A DNA stretch of 64,000 nt from the human T2T-CHM13v2.0 reference genome, Homo sapiens. Shown one piece after another: positions 43,490-56,111 of the stretch; the first letter of the stretch is position 1; every line of letters begins with the position of its first letter. The stretch lies in assembly GCF_009914755.1 (NCBI RefSeq), contig NC_060930.1; one strand, given 5' to 3'. Position numbers and translations under genes: made by a program. A model generated the notes under the pieces. The model saw only the letters and a list, made by a program, of their open reading frames with translations, was not told where the DNA came from and made no database searches.

Positions 43490-45260
43490 CACAAAAAAAT
43501 CTAAGAAGATTCAAAATCCTCTCGACTGAAAAAAAAAAAACCCTTAGGAAATTAAAAATAGAAGAAAATGTCCCAAACGTGATATAAGTATTTTTTAATC
43601 GAAAACAAGTATCATTCTATTATAATTAATGCTGAAACATTTGAGACATCCTGTGGAAGGAAGGAACAGATGAGAATGCCTACTTTCACTGGCATGTTAA
43701 TGTATACAACACAATAAAAGAATGAAGTAAAAATACTAGAAAGAGAAGTTTTTAATTCTACATAGATATATCTTTAGAAAAGAGAATCAACTGAAAACCT
43801 AACAGAAATAATAACCTAGCAATGTGGGTAGCTACACTATAAAAACCACTCACTTTCTGATATATAGTAGTACCTGGCTTTATCTACAGTTACCTGAAGT
43901 CAACTACAGACCAAAAATATTAAATGAAAAACTCCAGAAGTAAACAATCCATAAGGTTCAAACTGCAAACCATTCTGAGCAGCATAATGAATTCTTACGC
44001 TATCCATTCCATCCTGTCTAGGATGTGAATCCTCCCTTTGTCCAGTGTATCCATGCTGTACAGGCTACCTGCCTGTTAGTCACTTAGTAGCCATTCTGGT
44101 TATCAGACTGTGTGGCATCACTGTGCTTGTGTCCAAGTAACCCTTACTTTACCAAGAATAGCCCCAAAGCACAAGGGTAGTGATGCTGGCAACTCAGTTA
44201 TGCCAAAGAGAAGCCATAAAGTGCTTCCTTCAAGTGAAAAGGTAAAAGTTATTGACTTAATGAGGAAAAAAAATCATATGGCGAGAGTGCTAACATGGAT
44301 AATAAGAATGAATCTTCGAACCCTGAAATTGTTGTAACTGTTCCATTTTATTAGTTGTTAATTAAACTTTATCATAGTATATATTTATAGGAAAAAGCAG
44401 TATATATAGGGTTCAGTACTACGCTCAGTTTCAGGCATCTACTGAGGGTCTTGGAACCTATCTGCTGATTAGGGAAGACTACTGTAGCAGCAATAAACAG
44501 TTTAAATTTAAAGTGAAAAAAGCTCCCATCACAGTAACAACGTTCCCTTTACCACTCAAAGACTTAATAATTAAAATGTTAATTCTCCTCAAATTAATCC
44601 ATAAATTCCCATTCAATTATACTCAAAATCCAAATAGGACTTATTAAAGAACCTGACAATTTCATTCTCAAATTCATCTGGAAAAATATTAATGTGTGAA
44701 AAGAGACCAGAAACTTTTTAAAAGAATGAGAGAAGACTATAAGAAATATCAACACACATTATAAAGCTCTATTAATTAAAACTATGGTTCTAGTGTATAA
44801 ATAGAAAAATAAGTAAAACTGATGAGTCCATAAATAGACCCATATGTGTATCTAGAGATGCATTTTAAGTAAGTGGAGAAAGGTCTGGGCTCTTCAACAA
44901 ATTATATTTACACAACAAGCCATCTGTTTGAAAAGAGGTTCAACTGATCTATTCCACACATCAAAGACCACATTTAATGCCAGATAAAGATTTTAATATA
45001 AAATGTAGTTATAAAACTACTGGAAGAAAATACAGAAGAGTTTATATGATGGTAGAGTGGGCCCAGTATTCCTTTACCACAAAAGGCAAAAAGACTGAAA
45101 TATTTGACAGAATTTTGAATAAATATGTTAAAAAGTCAGACAACAAATAAATTATTTGCCATATGAAAGGCACAGTATCAATGATGTCTAGAGGCATCAC
45201 AACCATGAACTGCCCGAAGGAAAAAAAGGGACACAGAACATAAACAAAAGGCAATTCCAG
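43490..45260 (+). mobile_element. Old L1M ORF2 relic split by MER44
   Basis: Degenerate ORF2 motifs (ttctcctcaaattaatccataaatt, aacctgacaatttcattctcaaattcatctggaaa, tcttcaacaaat). Confidence 0.7.
43865..44484 (+). mobile_element. MER44 (C/D-like) Tigger DNA transposon
   Basis: TA-flanked, terminal (c/t)agtagt...actactg; internal gccaaagagaagccataaagtgcttcc. Confidence 0.85.
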
Positions 45261-46544
45261 TTTTCATTATCACTCTCCCTAAGGAATCTAGACTTTTCCT
45301 AATGTCCCCATGAAATTTTAATATCACTATATACGTATCTCTTTACGCATTATATGTATAACTGAGTCTTATACATACAAAGCATTAATTTTTTTTTGCT
45401 CCCAAGAGTGAATTTTCAGATGCATAATTAAGTAACATGAGAGAAAGAATACTTGGGGAGTATTACTCAACACCTATTTTAAAATGACGTAAGAACACAG
45501 ACATTAACCCTATACTTTTTTCATGTGAGCATGTGGTGATAACTGAACCCTACAATTACTATGTGCAGCGATTAACAAATCTTGTTTTATTTCTCCTCTG
45601 TAGTGAAAATTATATTAATAATTCTATCTGTGCAAATATCCAGAGAGAGAGGGACAGTACCAGAATATTTTAGAATGAAAAAAAAAATCTGGAAGTTGTT
45701 GGCACTTCCTTGGCCTTTAATCAAACTTTACCCCTAACTAGAATCTTCCTGCCCCCAAAAACTCATCTGGTTAACTCCAACTGATCCCTCCTCAGGCCTG
45801 AGCATAACTATCACTTCCTCAGAAACCATCCTTGATCCTCCCATTTCAAAGAGGTCCCTCCAATATACTCAGCAGTGCACGTACTTTTCCCATAATTATG
45901 GTCACATTGTTGCTCATTTGTTTAATGGCTGTGTCCTTCACAACATCATAGGCCCTGTGAAAATAAGGACTAGTTTTGTTCATCACTATATACAAAGCAC
46001 TTGTGCCCAGGACTTACATAATACAGAATATGGATTTACACATAGGTTCCCATTCCTAATGTATTCTTTGATCCTTCTAATTTTAAATATCCTATCTGAA
46101 TACATCCTTAAAAAAACAAACAGGAACACCCCACAAAATCCAACAACACTACTTACTAAAGGAGTCTCTGAGATTAGAACATACCTCAATCCACAGAAGA
46201 ATGAGAAAATAATATTAAAGCTCTGCTTTTGTCACTCAAATGACAACCACTGGAAGTAATGCCTTACCAAATCCTACAAATTCTGAAATACTATGAAATA
46301 ATTCACACAGTTGCTTGTATCAATACTTCCACAAGTTATTTTAGAATTCTGGTAAATATCCAGTGAACCAAGGCATAAGTGTCTTGCTGTCTTACACCAG
46401 TGTGCTTAAACTTTGCCAAGGCGTGTAGATTGATCACAACACACACTTGCAGAGCACTCTTTTTACTACTTGCCACACTTAATCATTTTCCTGAAGCCCC
46501 AAAATAAGTAAATTGTGTATTCACTTAATTAAACACACATTTAC

Positions 46545-46648
46545 CTGCAAGGAAGACACAGGATCTTTGGAATCAACATACACATCTTTTAGAAACGACA
46601 GCAGCTTTTCATCTTTACGAGCAATCTCTCCTTTAACTTCTGGATAGA
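46545..46648 (-). CDS. NDUFAF4: NDUFAF4 coding exon 2
   Basis: Acceptor TTTCCTTTCCTTAG|TC, donor CAG|GTAAAT. 104 nt encoding (L)[34 protein letters not shown]; 136+104=240 nt keeps frame. Codon 65 is CTA (Leu), the residue changed in the known L65P disease allele. Confidence 0.97.
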
Positions 46649-46716
46649 CTAAGGAAAGGAAAAAAGTCACAATATTAAAATCAAGGAAAATTTCCTGTAA
46701 TATCCTAAACGCTTAA

Positions 46717-47025
<309 letters not shown>

Positions 47026-47149
47026 TAACCACTTTAATTTTTTTAAAAAATAAACATAATCATTTGGACTGTTAGGAAAATACTTTAGATGGAAATCAAA
47101 ATTCCAGGTCAGGCTCTGCGTCCATCGTCCAGTGAAGACCCCTAGAGAA

Positions 47150-47950
47150 AGCTCTGTGACCCTCTCGGATTTTGATTCCCTGTATCAAGTCCGTGACAGC
47201 AGCCGGCGAGGGCCTGGTTAGCGGGAGCACTGGCTGCTGCCTCTGGGTCTCGGAAGTAGGCGGGGCCGCCGACCTCACCGCGGGCGCGGAGGACAGTCTC
47301 AATGTCACCGGCCTGGCGGCTCCCCCTTCCAACGCTCCGCCAACCCGAGCGGCTGCGGCCGAGCAGGCTGACGCCGATCCCTCGGCCTCCGGACCCACGC
47401 TAGGGACAGCCGGGCAGCACAGGGACTCCGCGCCCCCGGGCCCCGAAACGCCCTCGCACCACTCACGACTAATCTGCTCTCGCAGGAGGCTGTTGGTAGA
47501 GGGGTGTCTGGGAGCGACAGAGGGCTTCATCTTGCTGATTTCCCGTTCCGCTCGGTTCTCTAGGTTGAAATTCCTGATACCGCGAATCACTAGTGCTCCC
47601 ATCTCCTCATAACATTATGCGCTCAGGTTCAGGCCGCACGTGGGAACACCGGCGCAGGACAACTCCGGGACACCCGGAGCATGCGCACAAGTGAGGGGAA
47701 GCCCCGCCGCGGGCGCTTAAATGCGTGCCCGTCGCCCCCTAGCGCTCGGGAGGCCACACACCGCTTCTCTGCCCAGGGCATTTAAAAGGGAGCCCCTCCC
47801 TTCGGGGCGAGTGACGGCTCCCACGGGGGCCGCTTCCGGCGGGAGGTGGCGGGGCTTAAGTCCCCAGACCCACGGTTGCTTTTAACGCTGGAACTCCGAG
47901 GGAGTCACCCGGGAAGCTCTGTAAAGTTCTGTGCCGGGCCCTACCCCAGA
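47150..47950. promoter_or_regulatory. CpG island and promoter of NDUFAF4 (possibly bidirectional)
   Basis: The only extended GC- and CpG-rich stretch in the window; spans exon 1. Motifs: E-box CACGTG 47637-42, NRF1-like GAGCATGCGCAC 47677-88, GC boxes 47701-08 and 47848-55, CTCF-like CGCCCCCTAGCG 47733-44, ETS/GABP GCTTCCGG 47832-39. Confidence 0.9.
47467..47602 (-). CDS. NDUFAF4: NDUFAF4 coding exon 1 (codons 1-45 plus 1 nt)
   Basis: ATG at 47602-47600 in strong Kozak context (GAGATGG). Translates [45 protein letters not shown], the NDUFAF4 N-terminus. Ends at donor C|GTGAGT. 136 nt. Confidence 0.97.
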
Positions 47951-48038
47951 CTTTCTGATTTAATTCTTGTGGAGTGAGGCCCAGCATTGGATAAGACTCC
48001 ACGTGATTCCAAAGTTTCAGTGAAGAGCTGAAAATCAA
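47872..48038. mobile_element. MER5-type (MER5A1/MER5B-like) MITE at the promoter edge
   Basis: gagtcacccgggaagct...gccgggccctaccccagactttctgatttaatt...gtgaggcccagcat...ctccacgtgattc matches MER5 architecture. Confidence 0.7.
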
Positions 48039-50978
48039 AGTCGTAAGGAAGTTGACCTTGAAGTTGTTTCACAGGGCAATGCCACCAAAGAGTTAGCCGA
48101 TAAAAATGGAACTTACTGAACCAGGGTCAAACTGGGCTCTCAAGTTGCCCTTTCCTGCTTTTGTGAAAGGAAAATAATGAAAGGATGTTCCCTTTCGATG
48201 AGTATTTGTTCTCAGCCGCTCTCATTTAAATGCCTCTTATTTTCCTGTCCCCCCGCCTGATGCATTTTCAAGCCACTGTATTCTTTTTCCATTATTTTTT
48301 ACATCCCGTTCTCATTTGACCTAATGGTATCGATTTTAGTTATACTTTCCCTTATCTTATTTTTGCTACTAATTTACTTCTCCATGCTACTAAATGCTGA
48401 GTCATTCCCTCTCCTATTTCTCTTCTCTCTTGCCTTCTTCATTCTTTTTAAGCCTCTGTGTAATTTAATGAAAGGAACAGACAATAAGACGTCAGAAAAA
48501 AAAAACAAACAAACAAAAAAACGAGTGTTACATTCACCTTCTCCGTCTCTCTCCATTTCCTGAATGGGTTACTGTAGTGCTGCTTTTATTTAAGACCCTT
48601 TAGAAATATTGTTATTAATCTAAAATAAAACCCACCAGGAAGGAAGCAGTAGGAAGGAAGTTACAGTATTTCTCTTACTGTGGCTGCAAAATCTATTTTT
48701 AGTGTTCTGATCTCTGCTTAGCAAAATGAAGTAGAGTGGATGTTTTTAACCAGCTTAAAGTAAGAAAATATTGATGTAAAGATAATCGAATAGAATAATA
48801 ATAATAAAACAAGAATCAAAGAACCAAAATGAAGAAAGGGAAAGTTTTTTAAAAAGAAAACTAATGTAATCATTAAGTATAATGCTTAATCAGAGCAAAA
48901 GCACTGCAAGGAAGACGGCTTCAGCCACTCTAATTTAAATGCCCTTTATTTAATTATACTGAACATTTTTACAGGGATTGGTATTTGGAATTTATAGAAG
49001 CTGAAATCAGTGATCTCAGATAGCATTAACTGGGAAGTTATCCTGAAGGTGGCAGGCTGCTCCAAGATTTCTATCTTTGATACTTTTAAGCATGCTTGTG
49101 ATTCAGGGCTTTTTAGGCACGGTATTTCTATTTCTATGGGTGCTAAGAAATTTTAATCTGCCTCATTATGTCTATGTGCTTTAATCATGGTAGCAATTCG
49201 ACTCACTGCCTGTTAAAATATTTTAAAAGTGAAAATCTCATTTTCATAGAAATTCCACCGAACTTCGGGCAGTATGAAAAAGTAATGTTAGAAGTGACTG
49301 TCAGGACAGTAGGGATTACAATATGAAATAATTATTTGAATTCACACATTCCAATAGAGCTTGGATTCAACATTGAAAGAGCTTCCAGCATGTGTCAGCT
49401 GCTTTGCCTGATCCTGGCCCAGTGCTGCTCAGGCCCTCAAATTGCAAAACAGAAGGCAGATGCACTCCATCAGAAACTCACAATTGGCTGTCACCCTTTG
49501 GGAATCATGGAAATAAAACCTGAACCATAAATGCATAATTCCAGCTCTTCTTGTCAAAACATATAAATTAACAGGAACTCTGAACTTAAGAACTCCTGTT
49601 GGGCTTATGTTAAGGATTGAAGTCAGATCCCCAAGGAAAGTATAACTAGGATGCTGCTTAGAATGAAGCTTCCATCTGAGTGGAGTATTATGATGCATGT
49701 GTATGGCTGAATATCTTAAGATACTAATAAACCCAGGGTCTTGACAACACACTAGAATGTAAATTCTGAGGACAGAACTTTGTCTGTTTTGTTCACTGTT
49801 CAACACATTGAACAGCTAGTACACAGTAGGTACTAAACAATTATCAAATAAAGGTCAAATGAACTGAAAGACAAGTAGGATCCCTGAGCTGGAGTCCAGA
49901 CCCCAGACAAGTTCTCTCTGCCTGAACACTAGCCCTGCTTCCAGAAGTGAGTCCTTATGCAAGTAACTTAATGTGGTTGAACACACTTTGCTCATCTTAA
50001 AATTGGGATAATAGTAATCACCTAAGGGGTTTTACACAGATTAAAAATATGTGTCTAGTACAATGCCCAGCTCAGAATCTGATGTTCAATATTTGCATTG
50101 TTTTTCATTTTTCAGAGGAGAAGGGAGCAGTTTTAAAAAGGACACATATTCTGAAGCTCTGGTGAATAGGTGAATGAAAGTGATAAAAAAATTTGAGATT
50201 ACGGTAAGACTCATGTTCTTCAATAATTTAATTTTTAAAAAATAAAAAATGCTAAATTTGATTTTTATTTGCTGATTAACGTGCTCAGCACACGTGGTGG
50301 TATTGTTAGATTTATTAAGGTTGGAATATGGGTGGGAATCATTAGTTCTGGGGCATAAAATGCCACCTGCCTGTGCCTGACATTGGCCACAGAAATAGTC
50401 CCCACTTTGTTTCCCTCTGCCCTCATGTCTTTCTCTCTGCCTAGACTTTTACCATTGGGTACTCCTTCTTTTGAACATAATTCAACAGCATTCTGCGTTC
50501 TCCAAAGGATTACAGTAGCTAAACCCAGGTGACAGTTGGCTCAAGGGGCCCAGGACAGCCCTCAGAGGTTTCATCAATCAAATCTCAACCACTAGTGAGG
50601 AGCACAACAGATTTATGGAGGAATGACTTATTCTGGCAGAGGTTCTGGTGTTCAGGCAGAGAGAACCTCTCCAGGGCCTGGATTCCAGATTAGAAACCAG
50701 AGAATTTGTAGGAGTCCAACTGAAATAATTTACAAGGTTCCCAAGTTTGGCCAATTTCATAGTGATGCAGTGTTTTGGGTCTGTAAAACCTAGAATACTG
50801 GGAGCGGGGGGTAGTGCCACAAACTCAAAACCAAAACAAACTAGGCTTTGTGCAGATCCAGTATTCATATTGAGGAACACTGGGTCTCAGATTAGAGATT
50901 AGAATGATCAACCAGCAATTATGCCCAGATGCCTGCTTTGTGGTTACTGCACTCATGACTTTTGTCATTGTATTCATT

Positions 50979-51433
50979 TGTATTCATTTCCCATTGCTGC
51001 TAGCAAATTACCGCAAATGGTTTAAAACAAAACAATTTATTATCTTACAGTTTGGAGATCAGAAGTCCAAAATGAGATTTTTAAGGATAAAATCAAGGTG
51101 TCAGCAGAGATATATTCCTCCTGGATGCCTTTTTTTTTTTTTTACTTTAAATGGGGAAGGGGTTCTTCTAGAGACTTCCCGCATTTCTTGGCAGCCAGCA
51201 GTTGCATCACTTCATTGTCACATTTCCTTCTCTGTGACTTTCCTACCTCCCTCTTTCCATCGTAACACGCTTATGATTACATTGGACCTGCGTGGATAAT
51301 CCAGGATAATCTCTCCATCTGAAGATCCTTGATTTAGTCACATTTGTAAAGTGCATTTTGCTATGTAAGGTAGCATTTGCAGGTTCAGGGATTAAGAGAC
51401 ATTTTTGGAAGGCTTATTGTTTTGTTCACTACA
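50979..51433 (-). mobile_element. MLT1D-like LTR (antisense)
   Basis: aatttattatcttacagtttggagatcagaagtccaaaatg...gataatccaggataatctc...cactaca. Confidence 0.8.
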
Positions 51434-51451
51434 GTCATCAACTTTAGATGA

Positions 51452-52845
<1,394 letters not shown>

Positions 52846-53089
52846 CTGTTTAGATAAATCAAAAAATTTCTTTAAAGGACTGAAGATAAAGCAGAAATCA
52901 ACCACACAGAAAACAAACAACAAAAAAAAACAGTTGGTTCCTTGAGAATATAAAATCTGACAAATTCAAGTGAAAATAAAAGAACAAATAAAATACATTA
53001 AGAATTTTTTGGAAAGAATACGATCATAAATATGGAGACATTTTTTTAAATTGAAAGAAAATATATATAAATATATATACAATTATAAT

Positions 53090-53510
53090 ACTTACTCTCA
53101 TTCCCTTGTGTGACATGCTTCTAGCCAATAGAATATAGCAAATATGAATATAACACAATCGAATAGAAAAGAATAGAATAAGGAATAGATACAGAATAGA
53201 ATAGATTACGGTCACTCTCATGATTACTTTACATTATATAAGACCACCTTAGGAGACAAGAGTGAGGGATTCTCCTGTTGGCTTTGAAGAAGCAAGCTGC
53301 CATGTTGTTAGAGGATCTTTGAGAGAACCTGCAAGGAGGCCATATGGCAAGGAACTTCAGGGCCTTTGGGAGGTAAGAGGAGGCCCGATGTGACAGCCCA
53401 CAAGAAACAGATATCTCAATCCCACCACCATAAGGAACTTAATTTTGCCAATGACCAAGTAAGCCTGGAAGAGTACCCCTGAGCTCCAGAAATTAAGGCA
53501 GTTCAGTCAA
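53090..53510 (+). mobile_element. MLT1E-type LTR middle fragment within an L1M relic
   Basis: gcttctagccaatagaatatagcaaa...ggctttgaagaagcaagctgccatgttg...tggcaaggaact. Confidence 0.75.
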
Positions 53511-53859
53511 TCCTATGTAATCATTTCAATGGATTCCCAATATAGATTTGGTTAAATTCAACACCCATTACTAAAAATACATTTAGCTAACAGGGAATAG
53601 AAGAAAACTGCCTTTACTTTATAAAGGGTACAATTCAGAAAATTATGGCAAATATCGTATTGACCAGCTCACAAAGAACAAGAAAAGGAAATAAGAATTA
53701 TAAATGTTATGTTATTTGTTCTTTTGCAAAATTAGCACTTCTGTCTGCCTTGAAAATTATAGAGAATCTGGCAAAGACTATTAGATCTAATAAATAAATT
53801 TAATAAGGTAGCTGAATAGCTAGCTATCCTACCCATCAGTTAGAAAACATAATGACCAA

Positions 53860-54217
<358 letters not shown>

Positions 54218-55249
54218 TTATTATGCATCTCGAAATAAACTTGAAATATGTGTAAAACTAAAACTTAGTAAACCACAAAAATTATGAAAGAACATAAAGA
54301 AACACACATGGCTAGACATACCAGGTTCCTTGATGCAAAGTCTGAATAGTGTAAAAATGTCAATTATTCAAAAAATTAATTAATTTGATACACTTTCAAT
54401 TTCAATTAAAATTGTAATAGCGTTTTTAATGAAGCTCGATCACTGATAATAAAGTTCATCCAGAAAAGAAAATATGAAAGAATAGCCAATAGATTTTAGA
54501 AAAACAGCAATTAGGTAGGACTTACCCTATATCAGAATATGATATAAAACTTTATGGTATGGTATTGTTACAGGAATAGGCAAATAAATAGTGACAAGAC
54601 AGATGTGATTATGTACAGGGCAACATTTAAAATCACTCTGTGATGTAAGGATATAATTCTTTCCCCATAAACAACTGAATTTCCAACATCATTTATCAGT
54701 TTGCTTTTTCCCCTTGCCTCCATTCCCATTTATAACAATTCCCTGTCTTCTTTCTTCACTCCAGCTTTCCCTGCTGCATCAGTTTGCTTTCATACTGTAT
54801 CTGTCCCTCCATGTCCCCATGAACTTGCTTTATATGGAAGTAAGGAACACCTCATCATAGCAGTTTTGGTTTGATTCCAATGAGATCTTTTTTTTCCATC
54901 CATAGCAATTTAATCAATACAACAGTTGTCCATCTTGGCCCCAGCTACAGAAGGTAGTCTTGATAATTTGGCACAGGGAAAAAAAAGTGAAAAGATGCAA
55001 AGAACAAGCAAATACTCAAGAAATCATTTTCATTTCAAAGATTATGAAAGATTATGAAAATAAAGAATATAGAACAGGGAATTCCAGAAGGACCCCAGAA
55101 AAGATGTGAAAAGCAAGTTGTAACCAAAGCATTTTACCTTAACTGGTAAACCCAACTCAATAACTCCAGAGCTAGGGTCTGTGTTTGTTCTCTCCGTCTG
55201 TCTGGTCCTTTCTCCCTTTGTAACTGTCTCTGATTCTTTTCTTAGCAGC

Positions 55250-55500
55250 CATGGTGTAACATAATGATTACTAACCAGCTTGGCATCAGACAAACCTGCA
55301 TCTGAATCTTGGTTCTATCACTTCCTGACTGCATAATTTTGTGGTAAGCTCCTTAAATTTTCTGGTATTCAGTTTCTTTATCTGTAAAATGGAAATATAA
55401 CAATACTACTTATTTCATAGGGTTGTTGTGAGATATGATCCATTTGAAAGCATAAGTCTTGTCATACAGTAAACATTCAAAAACTATTAGCTATTATTCT
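55250..55500 (+). mobile_element. MIR SINE
   Basis: catcagacaaacctgcatctgaatcttgg...cagtttctttatctgtaaaatggaaat...catagggttgttgtgag. Confidence 0.8.
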
Positions 55501-55949
55501 TTTATATAACAAAATACTAATATAATAGGAAACATTTTAATAATTATAGTTTAGGTTTGATTGGCACTTTATGGCTTAGAAGTTAGTATCTTCAGATTCC
55601 TTATTCATTAACACATTATTGCAATACTCTGTAGTATTATACCCAACTATACATATTTAAGAGAACCATTTAGCTGCCTGAGGCTGTTTTTAAAATGGTG
55701 AAGGATACTCTGGGAAGTATATGAAGTGTCCTTGCTCATAGACTTTTTGGATTAGTTTCTTATTGTCAATCCATGACCTTGCAGGCACAGCTCTGCCTTT
55801 TTATTCTGGTAGTCCCACCTTTTGTTAGCTTCTGTCTCCATTGTCCCTAGGAATTGCACACAGCCACCCCTAAGCATCAGTGCACACAATCCTCTGCCGA
55901 GTTTCATTTCTGTTGGATGTGACACTGTTAGGTGAGGCAGGGAGGCAGG

Positions 55950-56111
55950 TGTGGTAGACAGAAGTCTATGACCCCCAATGACCCTAAACAGGGAACCCAG
56001 TTAAGCCTGCTTTGGACTTCTAACCTACAGAACCATAGAATAATAAATAGATATTGTTTTAAGCCTCTAAGTTTGTAGTGATTAGTTGTGAAGCAATAGA
56101 AAATGAATACA
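55950..56111 (+). mobile_element. MLT1E-type LTR with large internal deletion
   Basis: Both LTR termini (TGTGGTAGACAG... and ...GCAATAGAAAATGAATACA) within 162 bp; near-TSD GCAGG/GCAAG. Confidence 0.7.

Noticed and set aside
47096-47612. 168-aa minus-strand ORF and 146-aa plus-strand ORF over exon 1
   Set aside because: The first is exon 1 read through a strong GTGAGT donor into GC-rich intron. The second is an antisense shadow starting at TTG in stop-poor island sequence.
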